Source: Vicugna vicugna
Taxonomy: Eukaryota
Length of the DNA: 64,000 nucleotides
Reading direction: 5' to 3'
Assembly (NCBI GenBank): GCA_013265495.1
Contig: MU058584.1
Coordinates: 4,346,508-4,410,507, forward strand
Of the stretch, positions 14,693 to 26,289 are shown one piece after another. Numbering within the stretch: the first letter of the stretch is position 1; every line of letters begins with the position of its first letter. A program made the translations under genes and the position numbers. The notes below the pieces were generated by a model, which searched no databases, had not been told where the DNA came from, and saw only the letters and a program-made list of their open reading frames with translations.

Positions 14693-16375
14693 CAGGGTGT
14701 GATCGTGGGAATTAACATCTGGGATAGGCCTGAGGATACAATTATTGGAGAAGATAAAGAGGCCAGGGTTTTGGAAGGCTCTCCTCATGACTAATGGAAT
14801 CTCCAGGAATTATGACAAGATAGGAGATCTTTCTATCCAGGGATAAGAGGAAGTTAACTAGCTGGCATGGAGTCGTTCCATTTCTCTGGAACTAGCTGAC
14901 TGGCTGGAGTTGGAATTCATAATCCTGGCTCTGAGAGCTACCCATCCAGATTAGCTAAAGAGTGATGGTGTGTTGTTGTTTTTAAAAGCCGCCTGTTTAT
15001 TAACCAGCTTTGGCATAATTAAATTGTCTGCCTTAAATAGATTGTCCGAAAGCCCATTTAGGAATTTGGTTGGTCTGTTTGGTCAAAATTCCATGACTGT
15101 ACACTTGGGCACCTGGCCTAGTTCCATCTTTAAATAACGTCTCAGGGTAATGTTCTTGGAACCAGGCCTCGTGGCAGGGATCTGGTTTGAGAACGTCCTT
15201 GGGAAAGTTTATTTGTCGACTTTAAAAGACTCTGGCCTTCCTCGCAGTGCTCGTCATGGTGGAGAAAACGAGTCGAAATCACACAGAGTAACTAAGGGTT
15301 ACGCGCCAGTGCCGCTCCCCGGGATAAGCCGGCCCAGTCGTCCAGTCTTGTGCTTTGTCCTTCATCTTGAACTCAAGTGCCCCAGGGCTGCTTTCTGCCT
15401 ACCCACAATAGCAAGGAACGTCTTTTGTTTGCTTCTTGTTTGAAAGAAGGGCTTGTTTTGAGGTTTGGACCACAAATAATAATCCATTGTTCCCTAGAAT
15501 AATAATCTACCCTCTTTAGCAGAAAAAAATCTGCCTGATGCAGTGTGGCTATCAGTTTATTTAGAAGAATGGCCAAAAGTGCCCATTGTGTCCTGAGGAT
15601 AAACATTTGGAAGATGGTTGGGAGGAGTGGGGGAAGCCTCCTGTTCTCCTTGGCCTGGAGTCAGAGTTGAGACATGAGGAAGAAAAAATTCTGAATATGA
15701 CCGTCAGCCCCGGGTGACAATACCCTCCCTTATTCTGCTCATCGGTTACATTCTAAGAATAACTGGAACACTGCACACAGGGATTCTCTCCCAACTATTC
15801 CTTTAAAAACTATCTTCTTTTGAAGACGGGTGTTTTTAATCTTTCCCGCACGAGCTCTCATTGTTTCCACTTTTAGGCCGACTAAGCTTCTTTCTAACCT
15901 TCAGTCACGAAAGCGTCCTTTTTGAGTGCAGGTTATTTTACTTTAGCAGCAATCCCTGAATTCCTGCAGTTGCCTCTTATTACAAATCTCAAAAAAAAAG
16001 CTGTTTTTATGTTCCAAGTAGTAGACATTTTAATTACTACTTCCTGAGCTTCTGCTGACTGGAAAATACTCGGTGGGTACATGAAAATGTGACCCAGCGT
16101 GGTCAGCTGTTTCTTGAGTACACACATATCCCGTGCACTGAAGTCTCAAAGTAAGTAAGATTTCACTAATGAGAACAAGATAAGTTATGCGCTTTTTTTT
16201 TTGCTTTAAATCCCTTATAGGAAAAGGATCAGTTAAATAATAAACATGGCTTTAAAATGAAGTGATATCTTACCTAGAATAGTTTTAATTGTTTTAAATA
16301 TGGAAGATGAGAACATTTCCACGTGGTATCAGTTGAAATGTAATGGGTGAATATGAGAATAATTTTAAAAAGTAG

Positions 16376-16515
16376 AGGGGAGGGTATAGCTCAAGTGGTA
16401 GAGCGCTTGCTTAACATGCATGAGGTCCTGGGTTCAATCCCCAGTACCTCCATTGAAAAACCAAATAAATAAATAAACCAAATTACCTCCTCCCTGCAAA
16501 AAAAAAAAAAAATAG
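16376..16515 (+). mobile_element. tRNA-derived SINE (Vic-1-like)
   Basis: GGGGAGGGTATAGCTCAAGTGGTAGAGCGC...GGTTCAATCCCCAGTACCTCC with A/B boxes, AATAAATAAACC body and poly(A) tail. Confidence 0.9.
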
Positions 16516-16519
16516 AAAA

Positions 16520-16900
16520 ATAAAAATATGACCTCCACATCAAAAACAGGCCACCAGAGAAGTCTGATGAGATGCCCTTCAGTAGACGAATGGATAAACT
16601 GTGGTCCATGCACACAGTGGCTGTTATTCAGCAATACAGTGAACGGGTCTGTCATGCCACGAAGTGACACGGAGGAAGCTTTAGTGAATATTGCTAAGTG
16701 AAAGAAGCCAGTATGAAGAGGCTACATTTACTCTCTGATTCCAACTGTAGAATATTCTGGACATTAGTGCTACGCTAATGCAAGATGTTAGTAATAGGGG
16801 GAACTGGAGCTTGCGGGAAAGGGGAAGGAATATCTAGGAGCTCTCTCCTTTCTGCAAACCTCAAACTGCTCTAAAAGATAAAGTCTATTAATTCAAAAGA
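16520..16900 (+). mobile_element. Old L1 3' fragment
   Basis: atgcccttcagtagacgaatggataaactgtgg, gctaagtgaaagaagccag and aaactgctctaaaa. Confidence 0.7.
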
Positions 16901-17180
16901 GAACGTAACTATTAGCTATAGCTGGACTAGTGAAAAGTATCTTCTTACCAAAAAAAAAAAAAAAAAAACCAAATCCCAGACTCTCAGCCAGTTATCCTGT
17001 TTATAGGAAGTACCTGGCTATACAATACTCCGCCTGAAATGTGTAGTACACCTTGGCGGTGGATTACGGTATATGTCTGGTAACGTTTTTGTATCTTTTC
17101 TTTGTCCTCTGATAAAGATGCACAGTGATATTCATGCTAATAAATCCCGCTCCTTAGCTCTCCCGTTCCTCTCTCCCCAG

Positions 17181-17347
17181 TGACTGCTGGCGTGTCGGCC
17201 TTGGAGGTATATACGCCAAAAGAAATCTTCGTGGCCAATGGGACGCAAGGGAAGCTGACGTGCACGTTCAAGTCTACTAACATGACCGGCACGTTGACGT
17301 CAGTCACCTGGAGCTTCCAGCCGGAAGGAGCCGACACCACTGTGTCG
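17181..17347 (+). CDS. MPZL1: MPZL1 (PZR) exon 2: end of signal peptide and first half of the Ig V domain
   Basis: Acceptor ctctccccag|TGACTG, donor GTGTCG|gtacga; 167 nt. Encodes TAGVSALEVYTPKEIFVANGTQGKLTCTFKSTNMTGTLTSVTWSFQPEGADTTVS, recognised as PZR. Exon numbering follows human. Confidence 0.97.
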
Positions 17348-20300
17348 GTACGAACGACTGTCTGCTCTCTGCTAGTCCTGCCCCCCGGGGTGCTTTCCTG
17401 CAGTGGTGTAATTAGTGATCCATTCTCCGGATTGTCCACTTCCAAGATGACTGAGTTTGTTATCTACTAGAGACTTCAAGGCCCTTCTCTTCCTTTGGAC
17501 CCTCTAGGAAAAAATAAGTTCAGCATCCCTTAAATGCAGCTTTTTGTTGGTATCGATACATAGGTGCTGGGTTGGAATACATACCTGATTTCGAAGTTTT
17601 TGAGCGGACCCGTGTACCTCAGGATGTATGAAAGGGAAGGACGGAAAGGTGAGGTACAGTCAAAGATTACAAATGTAGGTAACTTCCTCACTGCGTCCAG
17701 CTGGGTATGACTCTGTGTAAAAGAGTCCCAGAGTGAGTGAGGACAGGAACCCACACAAATGTCATGCAGAAGCAGAGCCAGCTTCCCATTGACATGGCAT
17801 TGTTGCAGAACACGTGTCCTGTGGATGCAGAATTAAACACACACATTTACTCAGGAGAGTCCAAAGAATTACTGAAACTGGTGAAGATTTCCCCCTGACA
17901 CCTTTGGCCAGCCTTGACGTGAGGGCATTGTTTTATCTCTAGAAAGTGAAGCGTCATTGGGAAGACACCCACAGGTCATAACTTTCTCTACAAGAACAGT
18001 TCCATTTATGCTCAAAACAGTCCTGTCATGTGGGTCAAAGCCTCTTTACACACCTCAAGACTTAATATTTAAGAACATGCTGGATTTCTGAGTAATGTTT
18101 TTAGCTCATCAATTTATACTTACACACCAATCTGATTACAGTTAATTCCAGAACTTTCAGCTACTGATACAGGGTCCTTTAACTCCCAGATGTCAGTGCA
18201 CAGTCAGTAAGATGAGCTGGATGCTCTTCATTTTTATAGATTTTCAGGAGAAGTAAAAATCAAGCCTGACATGCCATTGGTGGCTTTTCTGGTCCATGAG
18301 ATTAAGATCTGCATGTCTAAAACAGAATTCATCTTTTCTCCCCTCTGCTTCCCTTCTCTGCTGGTTCTTTTTGGGTACTTTTGTTCCTCTAGGGACCTGA
18401 TTTTCTAAATCTTAAGAGTTGTAGGGTTTTTTTGGGTTTTTTTTTCTGTCCTTCCCTCCACCATCCACTACCCTTCCCTTCCACCCCTCATACCCATCCC
18501 AAGAAATAAGAACATTTGCAGGTTCTTCCTACTTTGTTTCTGGGATGTAGCTTGTTGTCAGTCTTCCTGCTCCTCTGCTCTCCATTAAGTAATAAATGCT
18601 GTTCCAGGACTGGCGCACTAGCCCCCTTGGTTATTCCTCCACTTTAAGTCATCCATCTTTCATCCCACCCCTATAGTCCGCCAGGGACCTCGTCTTACAG
18701 CGGTGCTTCCACCTCGCCCCGCCCTCGTCCGAATCCTCGCAGGTCCCCGCCGCGAACCATGCTCATCTTGGCTTCACAGCTCCTCCCAGGTCGCCTCCAG
18801 CCCCACGTCTGTCCTCTCATGGGATCACCTTCAGTCTTAATAAAAAGTGCTTTATGCTTTGTTTTTCCACTTCTGAACACTTGCCGTTTAGGTTTTACCC
18901 CATCCCCACATTCTGATGTCTCCGTAAGATCTCTTTTGACCTTTTTAGCTGTTCTTAAGCCTCACTCCCCACATTATCTGGGCCAGTCCTGTGAGGTAGC
19001 GTCCCTTTCTATGACAGTTTTTCTCTTCTTCATCTCGAATGTAAGCATTTTGAGGGTAGAGACCTATCTTACACCTTTGGTGACCCTCATGGTTTTAGCA
19101 CCATGGCTTGTACATTATAAATATTAGTTAATTAGGAGATCTAGTCCCTTTTTTGTGTGTGAGCTTTTTTTTTAAACCATTTCACTTCTCTCTTTCTTAC
19201 TGGTCTGACCAAAGCATTGTTAATCAGTTCATTTCAGCAAACACACCCAGTTCCTGTGATGTGCTAAGTGCGGAGAAGTATGGAGAAAAACAAGGCTTAG
19301 ACCCTGCCCTCAAAGGGCACCTGGTCTGACAGGGCGGGCCGGCTGCGGGAGGGCTGTGCAGACACAGTGGTGGGAAACAGTGGTGTGGGTCTTCATGACC
19401 AGTTGAGAAATGCAGGGCAGGGAGTGTTTGCAGCTGAGGTAGGAAAGGAATGCAGAGGCCAAATGCCACAAGGACTGGTTCGCTAAGCTAAGAGTTTATG
19501 GTTCATTTCCTGGTAAAGAAGAGAGGCTGAGGAGTTTGGGGCGGGGGAGACATGATGAGACACAAGAGGCATTAAATAGTGCAAACAGCTTAAGCTTTGA
19601 AATCAAAGCTGGATTTGAATTCTCTCTCTAAGACCTGTGACTTTGATTAAGTCACTCAGAGTTTCTGAACCTCACTTGCGAAATACCTGGCAGACGAATC
19701 TCACCTTGCAGGGTGATTCTGAGCATCAGAGCATTACTTCTTATGGTATTTCACGTTTCTGCACATCTTGCAAATGGAGGCACTGGCTGCCTTTCTTGTA
19801 CAGTGACTAGCCTTGGGAGACAGACATGGTGCCTCCTGTGGGAGCAAAGGACAGATCTGCTTACTGTCCAATATAGTAAAGAGGATGTCTCCTTTTGGGG
19901 CAGAGGTCAGACAAGCTTACTGCCCATTGTAAAAAGTTTGAGTTTCCCAAGCTCGGGGCTCCTCAGCTGTGATGCAAAACCTCTGTGCACAGCGTCCACC
20001 TGAGCCCCTCCATGCCATCCCTGTGGGACTTGGGGGGCAAGGGCCACAGATAAAAACATATTGCTTGTTGTTTGTAAGTAATAGGGTCCTTTGTCTCCAA
20101 GTCTTCTTCATGAGAACAAAGACTTCACAGGAGTCTTGTGTCTTCTGCCAGCATCTGTAAACCTGTGGCAGACTAGCTGGGAGGGTAAAATCTCAGAGCC
20201 TTCATGGTTCCTAACAAGCATGAGGTTATATTAAGTACAAGGTATATATTTGATAAATGGTTGTTGTTTTTTTTTTCAGTCATCATTTAGGCATTAGGTG

Positions 20301-21582
20301 GAGGATGAATTAGAGGATCTTAAGACCAGTTAAGAGGTCATAATCCAAGATGATGAGGGCATAAAGTCAGGTTCATTGGGAATTAAATAGAAGAGAGAAA
20401 TTTAGTTTATAAAATCGACAGAATTAGGAGATTAATTGGATGGGAAGGAAGACAGAGGAGTCAGGGATGACTCCAACGATTTATGGTTTGGGAGACTGGC
20501 ATGTAGCCATCAGTCAAGGTGATGCCCAGGTGGAAGATGGAGTTTATAGGAGAGGGTGGGGACAGCTGGGTGGTACAGTTGAGTAGGCAGCTGGGGGAGG
20601 AATCTGGAGCTCAGAGGAATGCTATGGATGAGAGAGAGGTTTGGGAGTTCACAAGATGTAGATGGCCATTAAATCATAGGAATGGGAGAGATTGCACAGG
20701 GGTTTCACCTTCCACAAAGGGTTCTGGGAATGGTGCGTTGGATTGCCAGCGGAGCTCAGTCATTGCCCAGTGCTGATTTCCACCCCCGGACCCACTATCG
20801 CCCCATCCGTGAACTAGAACAAAGTAAGCCTCCAGCAGAGCTGCTCAGATGGAAGCAGGATGGATCCCCACCCCCGCTGGGCCTGGCCTTGCTACCAGGG
20901 GTTTGAATTTAACAGAGTTGCTTTGAGAAATGAGCTCCTTGGCCAAAAGCAGGTCTGAGGAGAGAGTGTGAATGGAAAGAGAATGGGACTAAGGGCTGAA
21001 CCTGCAAAGGCAGGTGGGAACATTCTGGGTTATCTGGGCTGTGTTCCTCTCACACAGCCATGACTTTTCTGCAGGAAACCAATAAGTAAGAGGCAGAAAC
21101 ACATCAGATTAACTGATCTATGATAGTTAGGCTTATTTTTCTCGATGCCTTTGTGTAGCTTAACGGTAAGCTTTGTGAATTAATGGCTGAAACCTTTGGA
21201 CTCACTGGCCTCAATCATGGTGTCAGTCAGAGCATTGGCTTTGAAGAGTCAGGTGGCCTTGACTTTGACTCTGGATCTACCACCTGTTATCATTATGACC
21301 TTGGGCAATGACTTCTTTGAGCCTCCAGTTCCTTATTTATAAAACTACAGGGTAATTTCCATGTCGTTGGGATACTGAGAGGATGAAAGGAAGTGTACAG
21401 GTTTATTTCTTCAACTGAAAAACAGGGCTGAGCTCCATGGTTTCATAGCTTAGGGAGTCGACTATGGTGTGGCACTTCTGTATGACGTCTTTTTAAAAAG
21501 ACCCTTTTTCACAGCACGCCTGTAATAGTTTCGAACTTCTGCCTTTGAGAATAGCTCACGTGTTCCTTTTTTCTAATTGCAG

Positions 21583-21796
21583 TTTTTCCACTACTCCCAA
21601 GGGCAAGTGTATGCTGGGAATTATCCACCATTTAAGGACCGAATCAGCTGGGCTGGAGACCTTGACAAGAAAGATGCATCAATCAGCATAGAAAATATGC
21701 AGTTTATACACAATGGCACCTACATCTGTGATGTCAAAAACCCTCCTGACATTGTCGTCCAGCCGGGACACATTAGGCTCTATGTCGTAGAAAAAG
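21583..21796 (+). CDS. MPZL1: MPZL1 exon 3: second half of the Ig V domain
   Basis: Acceptor ttctaattgcag|TTTTTC, donor AAAG|gtacct; 214 nt. Encodes FFHYSQGQVYAGNYPPFKDRISWAGDLDKKDASISIENMQFIHNGTYICDVKNPPDIVVQPGHIRLYVVEK, in phase with exon 2. Confidence 0.98.
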
Positions 21797-22527
21797 GTAC
21801 CTCCTTGAGTATTTTTGCAGCAGCAATGCAGTCCCCTTCATCTCATGCTCAGTTAGAGAATAGAGCTTACATTTTAAGGTGTGTTTGAAAGGGATATTTT
21901 TGCCATACAGTTATGCTCCCTGTTTCCATGGACCTGCTCTATCGGACATGACTAGGGGTCAGGGAACTCATTCCAGCTGGAGTGGCCGATTTCTCCACTT
22001 ACATACCTGCTGCCTGGAGCGTATTGATCTGATTCGAGGACCGTGAATTTTTCAGTGTTCATTAGAAGAAAGACCAAATTGCTTATGGTTGGATAGGGTG
22101 GACACTGGGAAGGAAGGAGATTAATACTGTTTTCACTTTCTCCAGGAGAAGGTTTTAATATTGGCAAAAACAGTACAGCCATTTCTTGCCTTTTTCAAGA
22201 CTAAGCGGGAAATGCAGGTTCTGGTGTCTCATTTTGAGACCAAATCTGCTTTTTCTGGAGGAGAGATGGAGGTGAATTCACATCCCCAGGTTTTCTTTGA
22301 TTTTAGAACGTTGAGAGGGATTGTGTATGCAGAAATGTTTTCAGTTCTGAAGTTCATTCTTTATCAGCTGATAACTTATGTCATCGATTAGACACCAGGA
22401 TCTCATTATTTGGACAGTAAACGAGTGTGTGGTAATTGCTGAAGACACCTGTTTATTCATTTAATAAAATTCCATTTCTTTTGTCTGTAGCAATGTACCT
22501 TCAATCTATTTTGTTCTTTCTCTCTAG

Positions 22528-22660
22528 AGATTTTGCCCTCCTTTCCAGTCTGGGTGGTGGTGGGCATAGTGACAGCTGTGGTCCTGGGTCTCACTCTGCT
22601 CATCACCATGATTCTGGCTGTCCTCTATAGAAGGAAAAACTCTAAACGGGATTACACTGG
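22528..22660 (+). CDS. MPZL1: MPZL1 exon 4: transmembrane helix and juxtamembrane segment
   Basis: Acceptor tctctctag|AGATTT, donor ACTGG|gtaaga; 133 nt. Encodes (E)ILPSFPVWVVVGIVTAVVLGLTLLITMILAVLYRRKNSKRDYT(G). Confidence 0.97.
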
Positions 22661-23922
22661 GTAAGAAACCCTGCTTTGGGAGGGGAAGGGTGGAGGGAAG
22701 AAATCAGAGTTTATGAAAACTTCTATATGTTTTATGGAAAAAGAATTGTGAAGAATTAGCTACTGTTTGCTTTCACGTCGGAATGGAGCCGTCGTCTCCT
22801 TAGAAGGTGTTCTGACTTGGGCAAGCGGAAATCAGTGGCCTGCTATTTTATGTGGGCTGTGACACTAATCCCCATTCCAGTTTCTTTCTTAGGTCTGCTG
22901 AAATGAACTGCTCAGCAGCCTGTGCTCTGTGTTTCAGTAACGTCCACTCTGCAGCTAGTGTTGCTAAGCCACAGACATCACTTACCCAGTATGAGTTTAA
23001 TTTGAATCTCTTGGTAATAATCTCATAAGGTTCATCTTTTCAGTTAGGTAAATATAACATATAATATAATGTGTAAGCGGAGTTGTGCTGATAAATGACC
23101 CCCACATGTGATGATGTGGGGCCTTTCCTGTTTGTGGTTTTGCAAGCCGTTTCCTTCCTTCGGTCATTCTCAAATGCATGGCTAGACTCATCCAAACTGG
23201 GATAATAAGAGTTGAACACCAGAGTACACCAGCAATATAGAAAAGCAGACTTTCTTTTTGTTCACGGCATCTCAAAGAGAACGCATTTGAGCGTAGGGTG
23301 TGTGTCTAATGCAAGGACCTTCTCTTTTCATCACTCCAGCTGGAAAGCCAGCCCATAGACGCTATGTAGAGCTCACGTGGTAAGACTGAGCGTGAAGGCT
23401 GGATTCACGCTGATGCAGCACAAGCTGCGTCCCAGGTGCACGGAAGGGCCTGTGATCTGAGAGGATTGCATGCCCTGGGCTCCCCTCTCTTGGGGTTCTG
23501 CTGCTCTACTTTTCAGGAGTGCTGTGTTTTAACGGGTTTGAGTGTTCAAATTTCAGACACTACTTGCTTGAAATGTTTCTATTCTGCTGACTGTCCCTGC
23601 CCCCTTGCATGGTGAGTGTTTTATGGTGAAATACAACTGGGGCGTTGGTTTTCAACGTGAGACTAATCCGGGGCGGTGACACATGCCAGTCTCTGTAGTT
23701 CATGCTTTCGGGTTAATAAAGGCGCGGACGTGTGTGCCTGAATCCTGCATGGCATCGTGAATGCTGCTGCTCCTCTTCTTACTTTGGTTTTTTCTCCCCT
23801 CCCCTACCTGTGCTACCTTGGTGTGCCGGGATCAGATCCTGCTTATCTTCCACTTCTTAAGAAAAGCTGACATAGACGCCACATTGGGACTGTAACAGGG
23901 TCTCCTCTTCCACTCCCACTAG

Positions 23923-23929
23923 ACACATG
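23923..23929 (+). other. Candidate 7-nt microexon in MPZL1 intron 4
   Basis: tctcctcttccactcccactag|ACACATG|gtaact. Its length mod 3 equals that of exon 5. No transcript evidence is available here. Confidence 0.4.
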
Positions 23930-25171
23930 GTAACTAATCACATTGGCCGTTACTGTTAATATTCATGTGTATGTATTCAGCCCATCTCTCTTGTTGACAA
24001 CTAGCCGGCTAGCTCTGAGCTAACCCGACAGCTATCATGGTTTGTCCACAAATACGTCACGTGTCTGTGTTAGAAACATGTTGAGTGTGCCATCCCGATG
24101 AAACTGGGTTGTCAGGTTACACAGAGGTGTTTTGGTCATCTGAATATATATGTTCTTCATGCAAAATGCCGTGTGTATGTGTGTGTGTGTGTCTGTGTGT
24201 TAGTTTTCTGTTTTTAAACATGAATTGTATTACTAATGAATGAGACCCTCTTTGTGTTAGAGTACTCAAACCATTTTGGTTTAGGGCATACAGATAGCCT
24301 CCCATTTCAGAGAAGACACAGTTTGCAGAATGCATTGTAGGCTTTGGTCTTAGTAACGACACTTTAAATGTGATCCTCTACAAACTCCTAAGATTTTTCA
24401 AATGTACATCATAAAGGATTTAAGCTCTCCTGATGACCTAGCCCACTGGGGAATCCCTAGTGAGTTACCTGCTGGCATTCACTTTCCTTGATTGTTTTTA
24501 ATAAGATAGGGCTTGCTGTTAAAGACCTCTGTGCCTCTGAAAAAGTTCAGCCTGTGTGATGTGGCATTCCACAAGTTTTTTTTTTTTTTTTCCATTCATG
24601 ACTTCCTGGACTTTCTTTAGTTTGGTTGCAGAATTGGTAGGAAAGGAAACTGTGGGGAGCTGGGGAATGGAAGGATGAGATGGGTCAAGACTGCGAGCCT
24701 AGATCTGTAGCTGTGGTTTTGGAAGCACATTTCGAAGAGCTTTTGCCTTTGATGATCACATAAATGAACTGCTATTAAGAAGGTAGAGCTTGCTCCTTTA
24801 AACCTTGATCCCAAAGGAGGATTGACAGCAGGAGGAAAAAGCCAAAGCCCCAAAAGGAAAAATGTACATTGTAGCCAGAATCCCATTCAGCAGATACCTT
24901 TACTGTAAACTGGGGCAAAGAGGTTACACAGCACTGGTTTCTGTACCTCCCCCAGAGTAGCTTCACTGACTTGGAAGAATCAGTGTTAGGGATAAAAAGT
25001 AGTTTCAAGATATGTGATTGTTTTGATACCCACTGTTTCGTTGAATTTTGTTTTTATACATCTGCTACCCTGTCTTGTCATCACTTGCATTTGTGGTTTT
25101 TTTTGTTTCCATTTATTTTAATTTTTTTTTTTTTTTTTTTACATTTGTTCTCCAAATTGCCACCTCATCAG

Positions 25172-25274
25172 CTGCAACACATCAGAGAATGTGTCACCGG
25201 TTAAGCAGGCTCCACGGAAGTCCCCCTCCGACACAGAGGGTCTGGTAAAGAGCCTGCCTTCTGGATCTCACCAG
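25172..25274 (+). CDS. MPZL1: MPZL1 exon 5: cytoplasmic spacer (cassette exon)
   Basis: Acceptor cctcatcag|CTGCAA, donor CACCAG|gtaaca; 103 nt. Encodes (G)CNTSENVSPVKQAPRKSPSDTEGLVKSLPSGSHQ. Confidence 0.96.
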
Positions 25275-26289
25275 GTAACAGCCGAATGCAGTTCTGCCCA
25301 CTGTCCCCCGCTCTGCCCTTTGATGCTCTGCCACTTTCCGCCGTGCGGAAGGGAGTACTGAGCTGTAAGAGACAGACAGAGAGACAGTAACAGAGAGACA
25401 GAGCAAGAGAAGCAGGGGGGATTAAAGGGCTGGTTTAGGAGGACCATAAGAAAATAGGCAGAGAAGAATCTGACTTGCGTAAAGGTTTCCACCAAACCAC
25501 CAACAGATTGTTCACAAAAAATGTAGTTCTTCTGGCCCAAGAGAAATTAGGAAATGGCTTTGTCAGATGTAAATGAGTCTTCCTTAATTGCTCAAGGAAA
25601 TAAAGTGAACTAGAGACTATTCTGCGGTACCCTGTAAGCCATGGAATTTACAGGAAGATGTTGATCTTGGTATTGATAGTAAAACAGAAAAACTATTTTG
25701 TATGAACCCTTTCAAAGAAATTGACAATAAACACTTACTGAATAATTAGTAGGCCTGATGAACAAGGAAAGACTTTGGCTTCTACTTCTTATAGAAAGTA
25801 CAGGGAAGAAATAACTTTTATTTGGAGCTTAGCACAGAATCTAGCACTGTGGCTACTGCTGTGTTTTGGCTGTGCCGGTGTGACTGTGACTGTGGCGTGG
25901 CGGAAACTCCATAGCTTAGTGGTTCTGTTCTTCTAGGGGAGAAAGCATGATAAGGAATTTGGCCAGTTATAACTTTGCCCTGAGGAGGAGTCGCTGGGGG
26001 TGTGGTGGGGAGAATGGATTTAAGAGGAAGTGAAGAAAGGAATAACTGTGTTGTGTGGACGAAGTCCCCCACATGGGTAGTCCACAGTTGTCATATGTGC
26101 TGGAAAAGCTGAGGCGTCGTGGTGTTAAAGCAGGCTCCTTGTTCCTAGTCTGTCTGTACAGGTCTTTCATTATCTCTTCCTTCTCTCTCACTCTCTCTCA
26201 GATCATGTACTGTACTTCAGATACCTTGGTTCGCTTATTTTGTCTTATGACTGGGAATAGGGTTATGAATAAAGGCATTAGATTTGCAG

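Noticed and set aside
16376..16452. tRNA-like sequence with A and B boxes (and five or more similar copies)
   Set aside because: Each copy is followed by the same AT-rich body and poly(A) tail and has divergent stems. These are SINE heads, not tRNA genes.
432..16670. Many 60-136 aa ORFs in MPZL1 intron 1
   Set aside because: They overlap L1, L2, SINE or LTR relics or are chance ORFs, with no splice-consistent or homologous coding signal.
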